NCBI GenBank assembly: GCA_963666735.1
Contig: OY762926.1
Location: 256,001 to 320,000, forward strand
DNA: 64,000 nucleotides
Source: Gemmatimonadota bacterium
Lineage (GTDB): Bacteria > Gemmatimonadota > Gemmatimonadetes > Palauibacterales > Palauibacteraceae
Reading direction: 5' to 3'
How positions within the stretch are numbered: position 1 is the stretch's first letter; every line of letters begins with the position of its first letter. The notes under the pieces are model-generated. The model was not told the DNA's origin and made no database searches. It saw only the letters and a program-made list of their open reading frames with translations. Positions 19,638 through 28,234 of this stretch are shown piece by piece. A program made the translations under genes and the position numbers.

Positions 19638-20891
19638 CTAGTTCAACCGCCGGCCGAAAAGCACGAAGCCATGTGAATGGCGGGCCCGCCACCAGTCTTC
19701 CACCAGCCCGGAGACGAAGCGGTGGCCGTCTTCGTGTTGGGCCAGGTATCCGTCGTGTTCCAGCACATGAAGCACGTCTGCGACTTGGACCGTCACACGG
19801 TCGGGCAGGGAAGAGAGGTACGCGCCGCACTGCGCGATGGACTGCTCGCCGAGCACCCCGTCGCGCACCGCCGTCTCGGTCAGAAGATCGATCGCGATGC
19901 TGTAGCCCTCGTCGCCCAGGACCATGCGCAAACGACTCTCGTAGTGCTCGAGATGAATTTGCCCTCGCACCCCGAGCATTTCCTCCGAGTACACCCGGGA
20001 TACGTCATCCAGCGTCGCTTCGCGGCGTCCGGCCCGGCGCAGATACTCATGGCATTTGTCGAAGAACTGCTGGACATGCTGCGGGACGCAGCAGCGCAGC
20101 CGACGGCACATCTCCCGGCACACCTCCTCCGGGAGCCGGAGGCCGTAGGACGCGGCCAGTTCGCCCAGACACTCGATCGTCGTCTCCTCATCCCACGGTT
20201 TGAGGTCGAAAGGGGCGAAGATGTTGGCGTGAGCACTCAGCTCGGCCCGCTTGAGGATCGGTTCGAGACCCACGCTGCCCGACACGATCATCGGGATCCG
20301 TCTTCCGTGCGCCTGCCCGTTCTTTCGGAGCCAGCTCAGGAATTCATCCGCGTCTCTCCTGCGCTCGGGCGTCATTTCGAAATCGTGGCCCTGCAGCAGC
20401 CGGTTCACGAGGATCGGGAGTTCATCGATCGCAAGGACCACGGGTCTTCCGCTCTCGGACAGCGACGCGAACACCGCGTCACCCTTCGTACGCCAATTCC
20501 CCGCGTCGACTCGCGCACGCAACTTCACCCTGAGTTCGCTCATGCCGAGTTCGTCGATACGATCCACCGCGGCGCTCGAGGACTGCCCGATCCAATCCGT
20601 CATGCGGCCCCAGGTGCTCCGCACCCCTCTCGCCGCCGCGGCGATCTCCACGATGGCGTCCGCGGCCGTCACCGCATCCTCGAGATCGACGAACACCGTC
20701 GCGAAACTGCCTTGAGCCCGCAGGCGTCGCAGGGGTTCTCGGACCAGACTCGTCTTCCCCATCCGGCGCTGGGCGGTGACCAGCGTATGGACGCCGTCCC
20801 CGACGCGCTCCATGAGCGCCTCGATCTCGATCTCCCGGTTGAAGAAGCGGTCACCCTCGACCCAGTTTCCTCCCGCTTTCCTCAGACTCAT
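19638..20891 (-). CDS. STAND/archaeal-type AAA ATPase
   Basis: FFNREIE, AQRRMGKTS Walker A, VVLAIDELP Walker B, VSGSVG; ATG at 20891 after GGAG. Confidence 0.82.
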   Translation of the reverse strand: MSLRKAGGNWVEGDRFFNREIEIEALMERVGDGVHTLVTAQRRMGKTSLVREPLRRLRAQGSFATVFVDLEDAVTAADAIVEIAAAARGVRSTWGRMTDWIGQSSSAAVDRIDELGMSELRVKLRARVDAGNWRTKGDAVFASLSESGRPVVLAIDELPILVNRLLQGHDFEMTPERRRDADEFLSWLRKNGQAHGRRIPMIVSGSVGLEPILKRAELSAHANIFAPFDLKPWDEETTIECLGELAASYGLRLPEEVCREMCRRLRCCVPQHVQQFFDKCHEYLRRAGRREATLDDVSRVYSEEMLGVRGQIHLEHYESRLRMVLGDEGYSIAIDLLTETAVRDGVLGEQSIAQCGAYLSSLPDRVTVQVADVLHVLEHDGYLAQHEDGHRFVSGLVEDWWRARHSHGFVLFGRRLN

Positions 20892-20901
20892 ATCCATCTC
20901 C

Positions 20902-20946
20902 CAGCAACATTGTTGGAAACAAAATTGTTGGCAACAATACTGTTGG
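20902..20946. repeat. Three tandem 15-bp units ending TGTTGG (copy 3 of the motif)
   Basis: CAGCAACATTGTTGG AAACAAAATTGTTGG CAACAATACTGTTGG; TGTTG at 20911, 20926, 20941. Confidence 0.8.
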
Positions 20947-21053
20947 GAACTTGGGCATGGCAAGGGGGAGGACGGCATGTCGCCGGAAACCGCTGGCGGC
21001 TTCGCGCTCAGAAGGGCGCGACGCTTGACTCGAAGCCTCTACGCTGAGAAATT

Positions 21054-21079
21054 GTCGGCATTGGTTTATTTGTGCCGAC
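21054..21079. promoter_or_regulatory. Inverted repeat upstream of abiEi, probable AbiEi operator
   Basis: GTCGGCA-N12-TGCCGAC in an AT-rich gap; AbiEi proteins autoregulate through inverted repeats. Confidence 0.55.
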
Positions 21080-21103
21080 GTTTTTATAGACATTGGACGC
21101 CCG

Positions 21104-21712
21104 ATGGTTCAGGAATCCACGATAGACGACCGGCTCTCCGAGACGGGTCTCGGTACGTTCTTCCGTCCTTGCGACGCGGAAGCCGCCGGCATCGGCTACC
21201 ACGAGCTTCGTCGCCTGGAAGATGTCGGTCTGGTCGAGCGCGAAGGGTGGGGCCTCTACCGGCAGACTCGTGCCGACATCACGAGCCACCATATGATCGC
21301 GGCCGTGTGCGCACGCGCGCGGCACGCCGTCGTTTGCCTGCTCACGGCGCTGGAAGTGTACGACATCGGCACGCAGATGCCGCACCAGGTTTGGATCGCG
21401 ATCCCCCACAAATCGCGCGTCCCGGCCCTCGGGGAGCTGCCGGTTCGCATCACGCGCTTCAGCGCGGCGTCCCTCACGTACGGTGTTGTCGACACGGAAT
21501 TCGACGGCGTGCCCGCGAAGATCACCACGCCGGCCCGGACCGTAGTGGACTGCTTTCGGTTCCGAAGCAAGGTCGGACTCGAACCCGCGCTCGAGGCGCT
21601 GCACGAGGTGCTCGATGACGGGAAGGCGACGCCCGATCAGATCTGGCGGGCGGCGGACGTGTGCGGGGCCCGCTCACTGCTGGGGCCAGCCCTGAGAATG
21701 CGGACGTACTGA
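21104..21712 (+). CDS. abiEi: Type IV TA antitoxin AbiEi
   Basis: N-term wHTH (LVEREGWGLYR), VVCLLTAL, ITTPARTVVDCFRFRSKVGLE. Confidence 0.88.
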   Translation: MVQESTIDDRLSETGLGTFFRPCDAEAAGIGYHELRRLEDVGLVEREGWGLYRQTRADITSHHMIAAVCARARHAVVCLLTALEVYDIGTQMPHQVWIAIPHKSRVPALGELPVRITRFSAASLTYGVVDTEFDGVPAKITTPARTVVDCFRFRSKVGLEPALEALHEVLDDGKATPDQIWRAADVCGARSLLGPALRMRTY

Positions 21713-22677
21713 TGCGGCGTAGGCCGATCACGAACGTCCCCGCATCGGTCCACGCACGCCTCCTGAACGTGGCGCGCAACCAGGGGACGCAACTGAACTT
21801 TCTCCTCCAATCCTACGCGGCCGAGCGATTCCTCTACCGGATGGGCCGGTCGCCCGCGTCCGACCGCTTCACCCTGAAGGGTGCTACCCTGTTTCTCGTG
21901 TGGGGCGCCGACACGTTCCGGGGAACCCGGGATGTGGATCTTCTTCGCTCAGGATATCCCGACCACGAGGTGCTCCGACGTGACCTGGAGACGATCGGCG
22001 ACGTCCCATGCCCGGAAGATGGGGTCGTGTTTGAACGCGGAGAGGCGGGCACTCGGCTGCGCCCCCTTCCCCTTGAAAGAACGCAGGGCGCCGTCCGTGT
22101 ACGCATGAACGCGACGCTGGGCACGATCCGGCTGCCGTTGCAGGTCGACGTCGGATTCGGCGATCTTCCCATCCCGGAACGGGAGAGGTGTACGTGTCCC
22201 GTTCTGCTCGACCAGCCGGAACCGACGGTCTGGACCTATCGCCGGGAGACGCACATCGCCGAGAAGTTCCATGCGATGGTACGACTCGGCCGGGGGAACT
22301 CGCGCATGAAGGATCTGTGGGACATCGCAGCGCTGGCGGGTCGATTCTCGTTCGACGGGCCCGCGCTCCGGGACGCAATCTCGCATACGTTCGGGATCCG
22401 CGGCACGAGCCTGGACGAGGGGGTTCCCGCAGTCCTCGAGCCGTCCTTCTTCTCCGGCGAGGAGCTCGAGAGACTGTGGGCCGGGTTCCTCACGAACGCG
22501 CTCCTCTTCGGCGACGGTCCGGTGGTGCTACCGGATGTGGGCGACCGCATACGGAGCTTCCTGGAACCGGTCCACGCCAGCATCGTGCGGGGCGAGCCGT
22601 TTCGGCGTCGCTGGTCGCCGGGCGGCCCCTGGCGTCCGCTGACCGGGGAGGAAGGAAGCATCGACACGAATGAGTGA
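21712..22677 (+). CDS. abiEii: Type IV TA nucleotidyltransferase toxin AbiEii
   Basis: ERFLYR, FTLKGATL, RGTRDVDL, QVDVGFGD, IAEKFHAM, NSRMKDLWD. Confidence 0.92.
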   Translation: MRRRPITNVPASVHARLLNVARNQGTQLNFLLQSYAAERFLYRMGRSPASDRFTLKGATLFLVWGADTFRGTRDVDLLRSGYPDHEVLRRDLETIGDVPCPEDGVVFERGEAGTRLRPLPLERTQGAVRVRMNATLGTIRLPLQVDVGFGDLPIPERERCTCPVLLDQPEPTVWTYRRETHIAEKFHAMVRLGRGNSRMKDLWDIAALAGRFSFDGPALRDAISHTFGIRGTSLDEGVPAVLEPSFFSGEELERLWAGFLTNALLFGDGPVVLPDVGDRIRSFLEPVHASIVRGEPFRRRWSPGGPWRPLTGEEGSIDTNE

Positions 22678-24073
22678 GGACCGCGTGGCAACCCCACCGT
22701 CCGCGCGGCGATTCGGACGCTATCCCGAATACCGCGATTCCGGCGTCGAGTGGCTGGGGGAGATTCCGGCTCATTGGGACGTGACGCGATTGAAGCGGAT
22801 CTCCAAGATCGTGAACGGAGGGACGCCCAAGACGTCGGAGCGACGTTATTGGAACGGCCCCATCACCTGGATTACGCCGGACGACCTCGGGAGAACGACG
22901 GGGATCGTAATCCGAGAATCGAATCGATCCATCACATCGGCCGGACTGGAAAGCTGCGGTGCTCAGTTGGTTCCCGCGGGGTCGCTCGTGCTGTCCACAA
23001 GAGCGCCCATTGGCCACCTCGCTGTGGCCCGGACCGATCTCTGCACGAACCAGGGATGTCGAAGCCTCGTGTTCCGAGATCAGCGGTCATGTCGGTATGT
23101 CTTCTACCAACTCGCCACCGCTCGCGGAGTGCTCCAATCTCGGGGGGCGGGGAGCACGTTTCGCGAGCTTTCGAGCGTCAATCTGGAGACGTTGGCGATA
23201 TCGGCACCTCCGCTCTCCGAACAGCGTGCCATCGCCGACTTCCTGGACAAAGAAACCGCCAAGATCGACGCGCTGATTGCGAACAAGGAGGGGCTCGTCG
23301 ACCTGCTGCAGGAGAAACGCACCGCGCTAATCACCCGAGCTGTCACCCGGGGCCTGAATACGCAGGTCCCCACGAGAGAATCTGGCGTCGAGTGGCTGGG
23401 GGACGTACCCGAGCACTGGGACGTACAAGAGCTTAGGCACTTGATCGACGGGCGACTCGCGTACGGGGCCAACGCTCCGGCAGACTACACGGATCCTGCG
23501 TGGCCGCGGTATCTGCGAATCACGGATTTCTCACCGGATGGGACTCTCCGTCCGGATACGTTCCGGTCCTTGCCGCCCGATGTGGCGAGGACCTACCTCG
23601 TGGAACCCGGGGATGTGCTGTTGGCTCGAAGCGGCGCCACGGTGGGGAAGGCGTTTCTCGTAAGGGAGGGTTCTGGTAGGGCCTGTCATGCAGGCTATTT
23701 GATTCGAGCCCGTCCAGATTCGTCTCTCCTGCTACCCGACTTTCTGTTCGCCTTCGTGCGTAGTGCACCATTCGCAATGTGGAAGGAAATGACCTTGATC
23801 ATCGCGACGATCCAGAACATTGGTGCTGACAAGTACGCCAACCTTCCGGTGCCCACGCCTCCGCTCAAGGAGCAACGTGCTGTGGTTGCCTTCCTTGATC
23901 GGGAGACTTCACGGATTGACGCGTTGGCTGGCAAAGCAAAGGACGTCATCAAGAAGTTGGAAGAGTACCGGATGGCTCTCATTTCAGCCGCAGTTACCGG
24001 CAAGATTGATGTTCGCAATTACCGCGATGGCCGGACCGTCACTGACCCCAGTCGACCAAGGCTGATGTCGTGA
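22670..24073 (+). CDS. hsdS: Type I R-M specificity subunit S
   Basis: Duplicated SGVEWLG..P.HW and PPL.EQRA..FLD.ET..IDAL conserved regions flanking two TRDs; ISAAVTGKIDV. Confidence 0.95.
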   Translation: MSEDRVATPPSARRFGRYPEYRDSGVEWLGEIPAHWDVTRLKRISKIVNGGTPKTSERRYWNGPITWITPDDLGRTTGIVIRESNRSITSAGLESCGAQLVPAGSLVLSTRAPIGHLAVARTDLCTNQGCRSLVFRDQRSCRYVFYQLATARGVLQSRGAGSTFRELSSVNLETLAISAPPLSEQRAIADFLDKETAKIDALIANKEGLVDLLQEKRTALITRAVTRGLNTQVPTRESGVEWLGDVPEHWDVQELRHLIDGRLAYGANAPADYTDPAWPRYLRITDFSPDGTLRPDTFRSLPPDVARTYLVEPGDVLLARSGATVGKAFLVREGSGRACHAGYLIRARPDSSLLLPDFLFAFVRSAPFAMWKEMTLIIATIQNIGADKYANLPVPTPPLKEQRAVVAFLDRETSRIDALAGKAKDVIKKLEEYRMALISAAVTGKIDVRNYRDGRTVTDPSRPRLMS

Positions 24074-27000
24074 CCCCCGTGACCGTGTCCGAACGCGTCT
24101 TCGAGCAGGCGATCGAGTCCGCTCTACTGAGATCATATGCCGCTGGTGGCGGGCAGGTTCGCGAGCGGGCGGCACCGCCATACGGCAACGGCATCGCACC
24201 TGGCGGATACCATCAGCGCGAAGCCAAGCACCACTATGACCGAGACCTCTGCCTGCTTCCGCAGGATGTCATGGACTTCCTCCTCGCCACGCAGCCGCGG
24301 ACATGGAAGCGGCTGAAGCAGCACTACGGCGGGGAGGTTCGAGCACGGCTTCTCAAGCGCTTATCGAAGGAGCTTGAGCGGCGCGGCGCCCTCGATGTGT
24401 TCCGGAAGGGCATCAAGGACTCGGGGTGCAAGTTCCAGTTGGCGTACTTCCGGCCGGCGAGTGGGCTTAACGAAGAGACGCGCCGCCTCCACGCGGCGAA
24501 CATCTTCTCCGTGGTTCGCCAGCTCCGCTACAGCACGAAGACCGAGCAGAGCCTTGACCTGGTGCTGTTCCTCAACGGGATCCCGTTCTTCACAGCGGAA
24601 CTCAAGAATCCGCTCAACGGGGAGGACGTTCACGACGCGATCCGGCAGTACCGGAGAGACCGGGACCCGCGCGAACCGCTTCTCGCTCACGGACGCTGCC
24701 TCGCGCACTTCGCGGTGGACCCGGATTTGGTGTACGTCACCACACGCCTTGAGGGGCCCGCGACCCGCTTCCTCCCATTCAACCAGGGCCGGTTCGGTGG
24801 CGCCGGCAATCCGCCCGTGCCGCCGACCCGGAGCGGATACGCCACGGACTATCTCTGGAACGAGGTATGGGTCCGGGACAGCGTGCTCGATCTGATCCGC
24901 CAGTTCATCCACGAGGTGGAGGATGAGGACGGCGCCGGTCGGAAGACGAAACGCCTGATCTTCCCGCGCTACCAGCAGCTCGACACCGTACGCCGAATGG
25001 TGTCCCACGCCCGGAACCACGGGGCGGGGGAGCGCTACCTGATCCAGCACTCCGCCGGGAGCGGCAAGAGCTACACGATCGCCTGGCTCGCACATCAGCT
25101 CTCCACCCTCCATGATGCGGAAGATCGCTCGGTCTTCGACTCCATCGTCGTCGTCACGGACCGCCGCGTCCTCGATCGTCAGCTTCAGCGCGCCATCACC
25201 CAGTTCGAGCAGACGCTCGGGGTGGTTGAGAAGATCGACAAGGATTCAAAACAGCTCCGCGCGGCGCTGGAATCCGGCAAGCGGATCATCGTCACGACGC
25301 TCCAGAAATTCCCGGTGATTGCCGAGGAGATCGGATCGCTTCCCGGCAAGCGGTTCGCGGTGATCGTCGACGAAGCGCACTCCTCCCAGTCCGGCGAGAG
25401 CTCGAAGAGCCTCAAGGCCGTGCTCGCCGCGGGGAGCCTCGAGGCGGCCGAAGAGGAGGAGGCCGGCGTCGCGACCCCGGAGGAGGAACTGGAGGCGGCG
25501 GTCCTCGCCGAGATGGAGAAGCGCGGTCCCCTGCCGAACCTCTCCACATTCGCGTTCACCGCGACGCCCAAGGCGAAGACGCTGGAGCTGTTCGGCGTCA
25601 AGCGGGACGACGGACAGTTCGAGCCGTTCCACCTGTACAGCATGCGGCAGGCGATCGAGGAGGGCTTCATCCTCGACGTCCTCGCCAACTACACCACGTA
25701 CTCGGCCTACTGGCGGCTCTTCAAGACGATCGAGGACGACCCGCGCTACGAGAAGGGCAAGGCCGCCTACCTGCTCAAGTCCTTCGTGGAACTGCATCCG
25801 CACGCGATCGGGCGGAAGGTCGAGATCATGATCGACCACTTCGCCGAGCGGGTGCAGGACAGGATCGGCGGCAGGGCGAAGGCGATGATCGTCACCCGCT
25901 CGCGCCTCCACGCCGTGCGCTACAAGCTCGCCGTGGACGCCTATCTGGAGGAGAAGGGGTACCCTTGGAAGTGCCTGGTCGCCTTCTCCGGCAAGGTGAA
26001 CGACGAGGGCAAGGAATACACCGAACCCGGCATGAACTCGGCCGGGGGACCGCACCCGATCGGAGAGCAGCAAACGGCGGCGGAATTCGCCAAGCCCGAG
26101 TACCGGTTCCTGGTCGTGGCGAGCAAGTTCCAGACGGGCTTCGACCAGCCGCTCCTCCACACCATGTACGTGGACAAGAAGCTGGGCGGCGTCAACGCGG
26201 TGCAGACGCTGTCCCGCCTGAACCGGACCCATCCCGGCAAGGACGAGACGGCCGTCCTCGATTTCGCCAACGAGGCTGATCACATCCGCGAGTCGTTCGA
26301 GCCGTACTACGAGACGACGTTGCTCTCGGAGGCGACGGACCCAAACCTCCTCTACGATCTGCAGGAAGAGCTTCTCGGCTTCCACGTCTACACCGAGGCG
26401 GAGGTGGACGCCTTCGCCCGGGCCTACTTCGGCAAGGACGCCACGCAGGACCAGCTGTACGCCCTGCTCGCCGAACCTGTGCAGCGTTCCCGCGACTTGG
26501 AACCCGAGGTGCGTTCGGAGTTCCGCGGCGGGCTGCGAAAGTACACGCGCCTGTACTCGTTCCTGGCGCAGATCCTGACCTTCAAGGACGCGGACCTGGA
26601 GAAACTGCACGTCTTCTCCCGCTACCTCCGGCAACTCCTGCCGGCGGATGGAAGCGAACTTCCGCGCGAGGTGCAGCGGAACATCGACATGGAGTCGTAC
26701 CGGATCCAGCAGACCGGGCAGGGAGAAATCAAGCTGCCCCGCGGTTCTGGCACCATCGACCCCCGGAAGATCGGTATTCAGCCTGGTGGGTCGCAGGAGG
26801 AGATCGAAGCCCTGTCACGGATCATCGCGGAGCTGAACGACCGCTTCGGCCTCAACCTCGGTCCGGAACACCGCGTGACCCTCCGCCAGATGATGGACAA
26901 GCTCGAAGGGGACGCGGCGCTCGACGCGGCCACCCGCGTGAACACCCGCGAGAACGTGCGCCTCACGTTCGATCACAAGGTCGAAGAGGTGATCGAGGAC

Positions 27001-27603
27001 ATCGTCGACTCGAACTTCGACCTCTACAAGCGCATCACCGACGACCGCTCCTTCGGAGAACTCGTGAAGACCCTCCTCTTCGACCAGTACCTCCGCGGCC
27101 ACCGCAACGCCGAGGAACTGATCAAGCGCGGCGAATCGAAGACGCTGGAGTTCAAGTCGACCCTCCGCTGGAACCTCAAGGAGGACCGCAAGGACAACCG
27201 CGTGACCCACGCCGCCCTGAAGACGATCGGGGCCTTCCTGAACACCGAGGGCGGCGACCTCCTCCTCGGCGTCGCCGACGACGGCTCGGTCGTCGGCATC
27301 GAGCGTGACGGCTTCGACAACGACGACAGGTTCATGCTCCACCTGGGTCAGGTTGTGCGAAACGCCTTAGGCGACCGCGCCGGAACGTGTATCGATCCAA
27401 GGATCCAGATCTTGGACGGACGCACGGTGTGCGTCGTGAGCTGCCAGCGAAGCCCCGAACCCGTCTTCCTCCGCTGGAAGAACTTCGAGAGCACCGAGGA
27501 CGGCGACTTCTTCGTACGCAGCGGCCCCGGCACTGCCAAGCTACCGGCCCAGAGCGCGAGGGAGTACATTGAAACTCGCTTCCAGCCAGTGGCCACACGG
27601 TAG
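24070..27603 (+). CDS. hsdR: Type I R-M restriction subunit R with C-terminal AlbA_2/Schlafen-like domain
   Basis: DLVLFLNGIP..ELKN, HSAGSGKS, DEAHSSQ, FTATPK, QTGFDQP; C-term GESKTLEFKST..AFLNTEGGDLLLGVADDG. Confidence 0.95.
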   Translation: MTPVTVSERVFEQAIESALLRSYAAGGGQVRERAAPPYGNGIAPGGYHQREAKHHYDRDLCLLPQDVMDFLLATQPRTWKRLKQHYGGEVRARLLKRLSKELERRGALDVFRKGIKDSGCKFQLAYFRPASGLNEETRRLHAANIFSVVRQLRYSTKTEQSLDLVLFLNGIPFFTAELKNPLNGEDVHDAIRQYRRDRDPREPLLAHGRCLAHFAVDPDLVYVTTRLEGPATRFLPFNQGRFGGAGNPPVPPTRSGYATDYLWNEVWVRDSVLDLIRQFIHEVEDEDGAGRKTKRLIFPRYQQLDTVRRMVSHARNHGAGERYLIQHSAGSGKSYTIAWLAHQLSTLHDAEDRSVFDSIVVVTDRRVLDRQLQRAITQFEQTLGVVEKIDKDSKQLRAALESGKRIIVTTLQKFPVIAEEIGSLPGKRFAVIVDEAHSSQSGESSKSLKAVLAAGSLEAAEEEEAGVATPEEELEAAVLAEMEKRGPLPNLSTFAFTATPKAKTLELFGVKRDDGQFEPFHLYSMRQAIEEGFILDVLANYTTYSAYWRLFKTIEDDPRYEKGKAAYLLKSFVELHPHAIGRKVEIMIDHFAERVQDRIGGRAKAMIVTRSRLHAVRYKLAVDAYLEEKGYPWKCLVAFSGKVNDEGKEYTEPGMNSAGGPHPIGEQQTAAEFAKPEYRFLVVASKFQTGFDQPLLHTMYVDKKLGGVNAVQTLSRLNRTHPGKDETAVLDFANEADHIRESFEPYYETTLLSEATDPNLLYDLQEELLGFHVYTEAEVDAFARAYFGKDATQDQLYALLAEPVQRSRDLEPEVRSEFRGGLRKYTRLYSFLAQILTFKDADLEKLHVFSRYLRQLLPADGSELPREVQRNIDMESYRIQQTGQGEIKLPRGSGTIDPRKIGIQPGGSQEEIEALSRIIAELNDRFGLNLGPEHRVTLRQMMDKLEGDAALDAATRVNTRENVRLTFDHKVEEVIEDIVDSNFDLYKRITDDRSFGELVKTLLFDQYLRGHRNAEELIKRGESKTLEFKSTLRWNLKEDRKDNRVTHAALKTIGAFLNTEGGDLLLGVADDGSVVGIERDGFDNDDRFMLHLGQVVRNALGDRAGTCIDPRIQILDGRTVCVVSCQRSPEPVFLRWKNFESTEDGDFFVRSGPGTAKLPAQSAREYIETRFQPVATR

Positions 27604-27637
27604 ATCTGCCGCCACCTCCCGTTCAAGAGAATGAAAT

Positions 27638-28234
27638 ATGTTACCAGATTATCCACACATCAAGAAGGAAGTCCAGGATATCCTGCTGCGGTACCTCAAA
27701 GAAAGGGTATTCGCGCACGCACCGATCCTGAGGGGGATCGGTCGAACAGCGCAGCACGAAGGTGACAAACATCCGTTCAGAGATGTCGATGGGAACGAGG
27801 ATCAGATTGAATACCAAGAGTTTGCCACATGTGAATCGATCACGCGCCAAGAGATGCGCCATGGAACTTTCCAAGTAGTCCTATCAACGTACGATGAGAT
27901 GGCGGAAGCCTTCGCTGAAGCTCAATCTAAGATGCTGTTCGCAACCGTCTCCGAGGCCGCGGAATCGGTCGGCAACGTCATCCACGCAAACGGAGCGCTA
28001 ACCAAGGAGAAGTTCCTCGAACTATTGAACACTGTGCAGCGGGACTTCCATCCACGTACGGGTGAGCCGCAACCTCTCAGCCTGGTTCTTCACCCGGAGA
28101 CGCTGGCACGGATCGAGCACGACCTGGAGAGCTGGGAAGAGGACCAACATTTTGTGGCTGAGCTATCAGCCATTGAGCAGAGACAAAGGCTAGACTGGCG
28201 TGATCGAGAATCTCGTAGACGTTTGGTTGACTGA
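27638..28234 (+). CDS. Hypothetical protein, possibly a truncated HK97/encapsulin-like fold
   Basis: Clean 198-aa ORF overlapping the next gene; the fold guess rests on sequence pattern only. Confidence 0.7.
   Translation: MLPDYPHIKKEVQDILLRYLKERVFAHAPILRGIGRTAQHEGDKHPFRDVDGNEDQIEYQEFATCESITRQEMRHGTFQVVLSTYDEMAEAFAEAQSKMLFATVSEAAESVGNVIHANGALTKEKFLELLNTVQRDFHPRTGEPQPLSLVLHPETLARIEHDLESWEEDQHFVAELSAIEQRQRLDWRDRESRRRLVD

Noticed and set aside
20892..20978. Cys/Gln-rich N-terminal extension (QQYCCQQFCFQQCCW) of the ATPase
   Set aside because: It is the translation of the 15-bp DNA repeat; a good SD precedes the ATG at 20891
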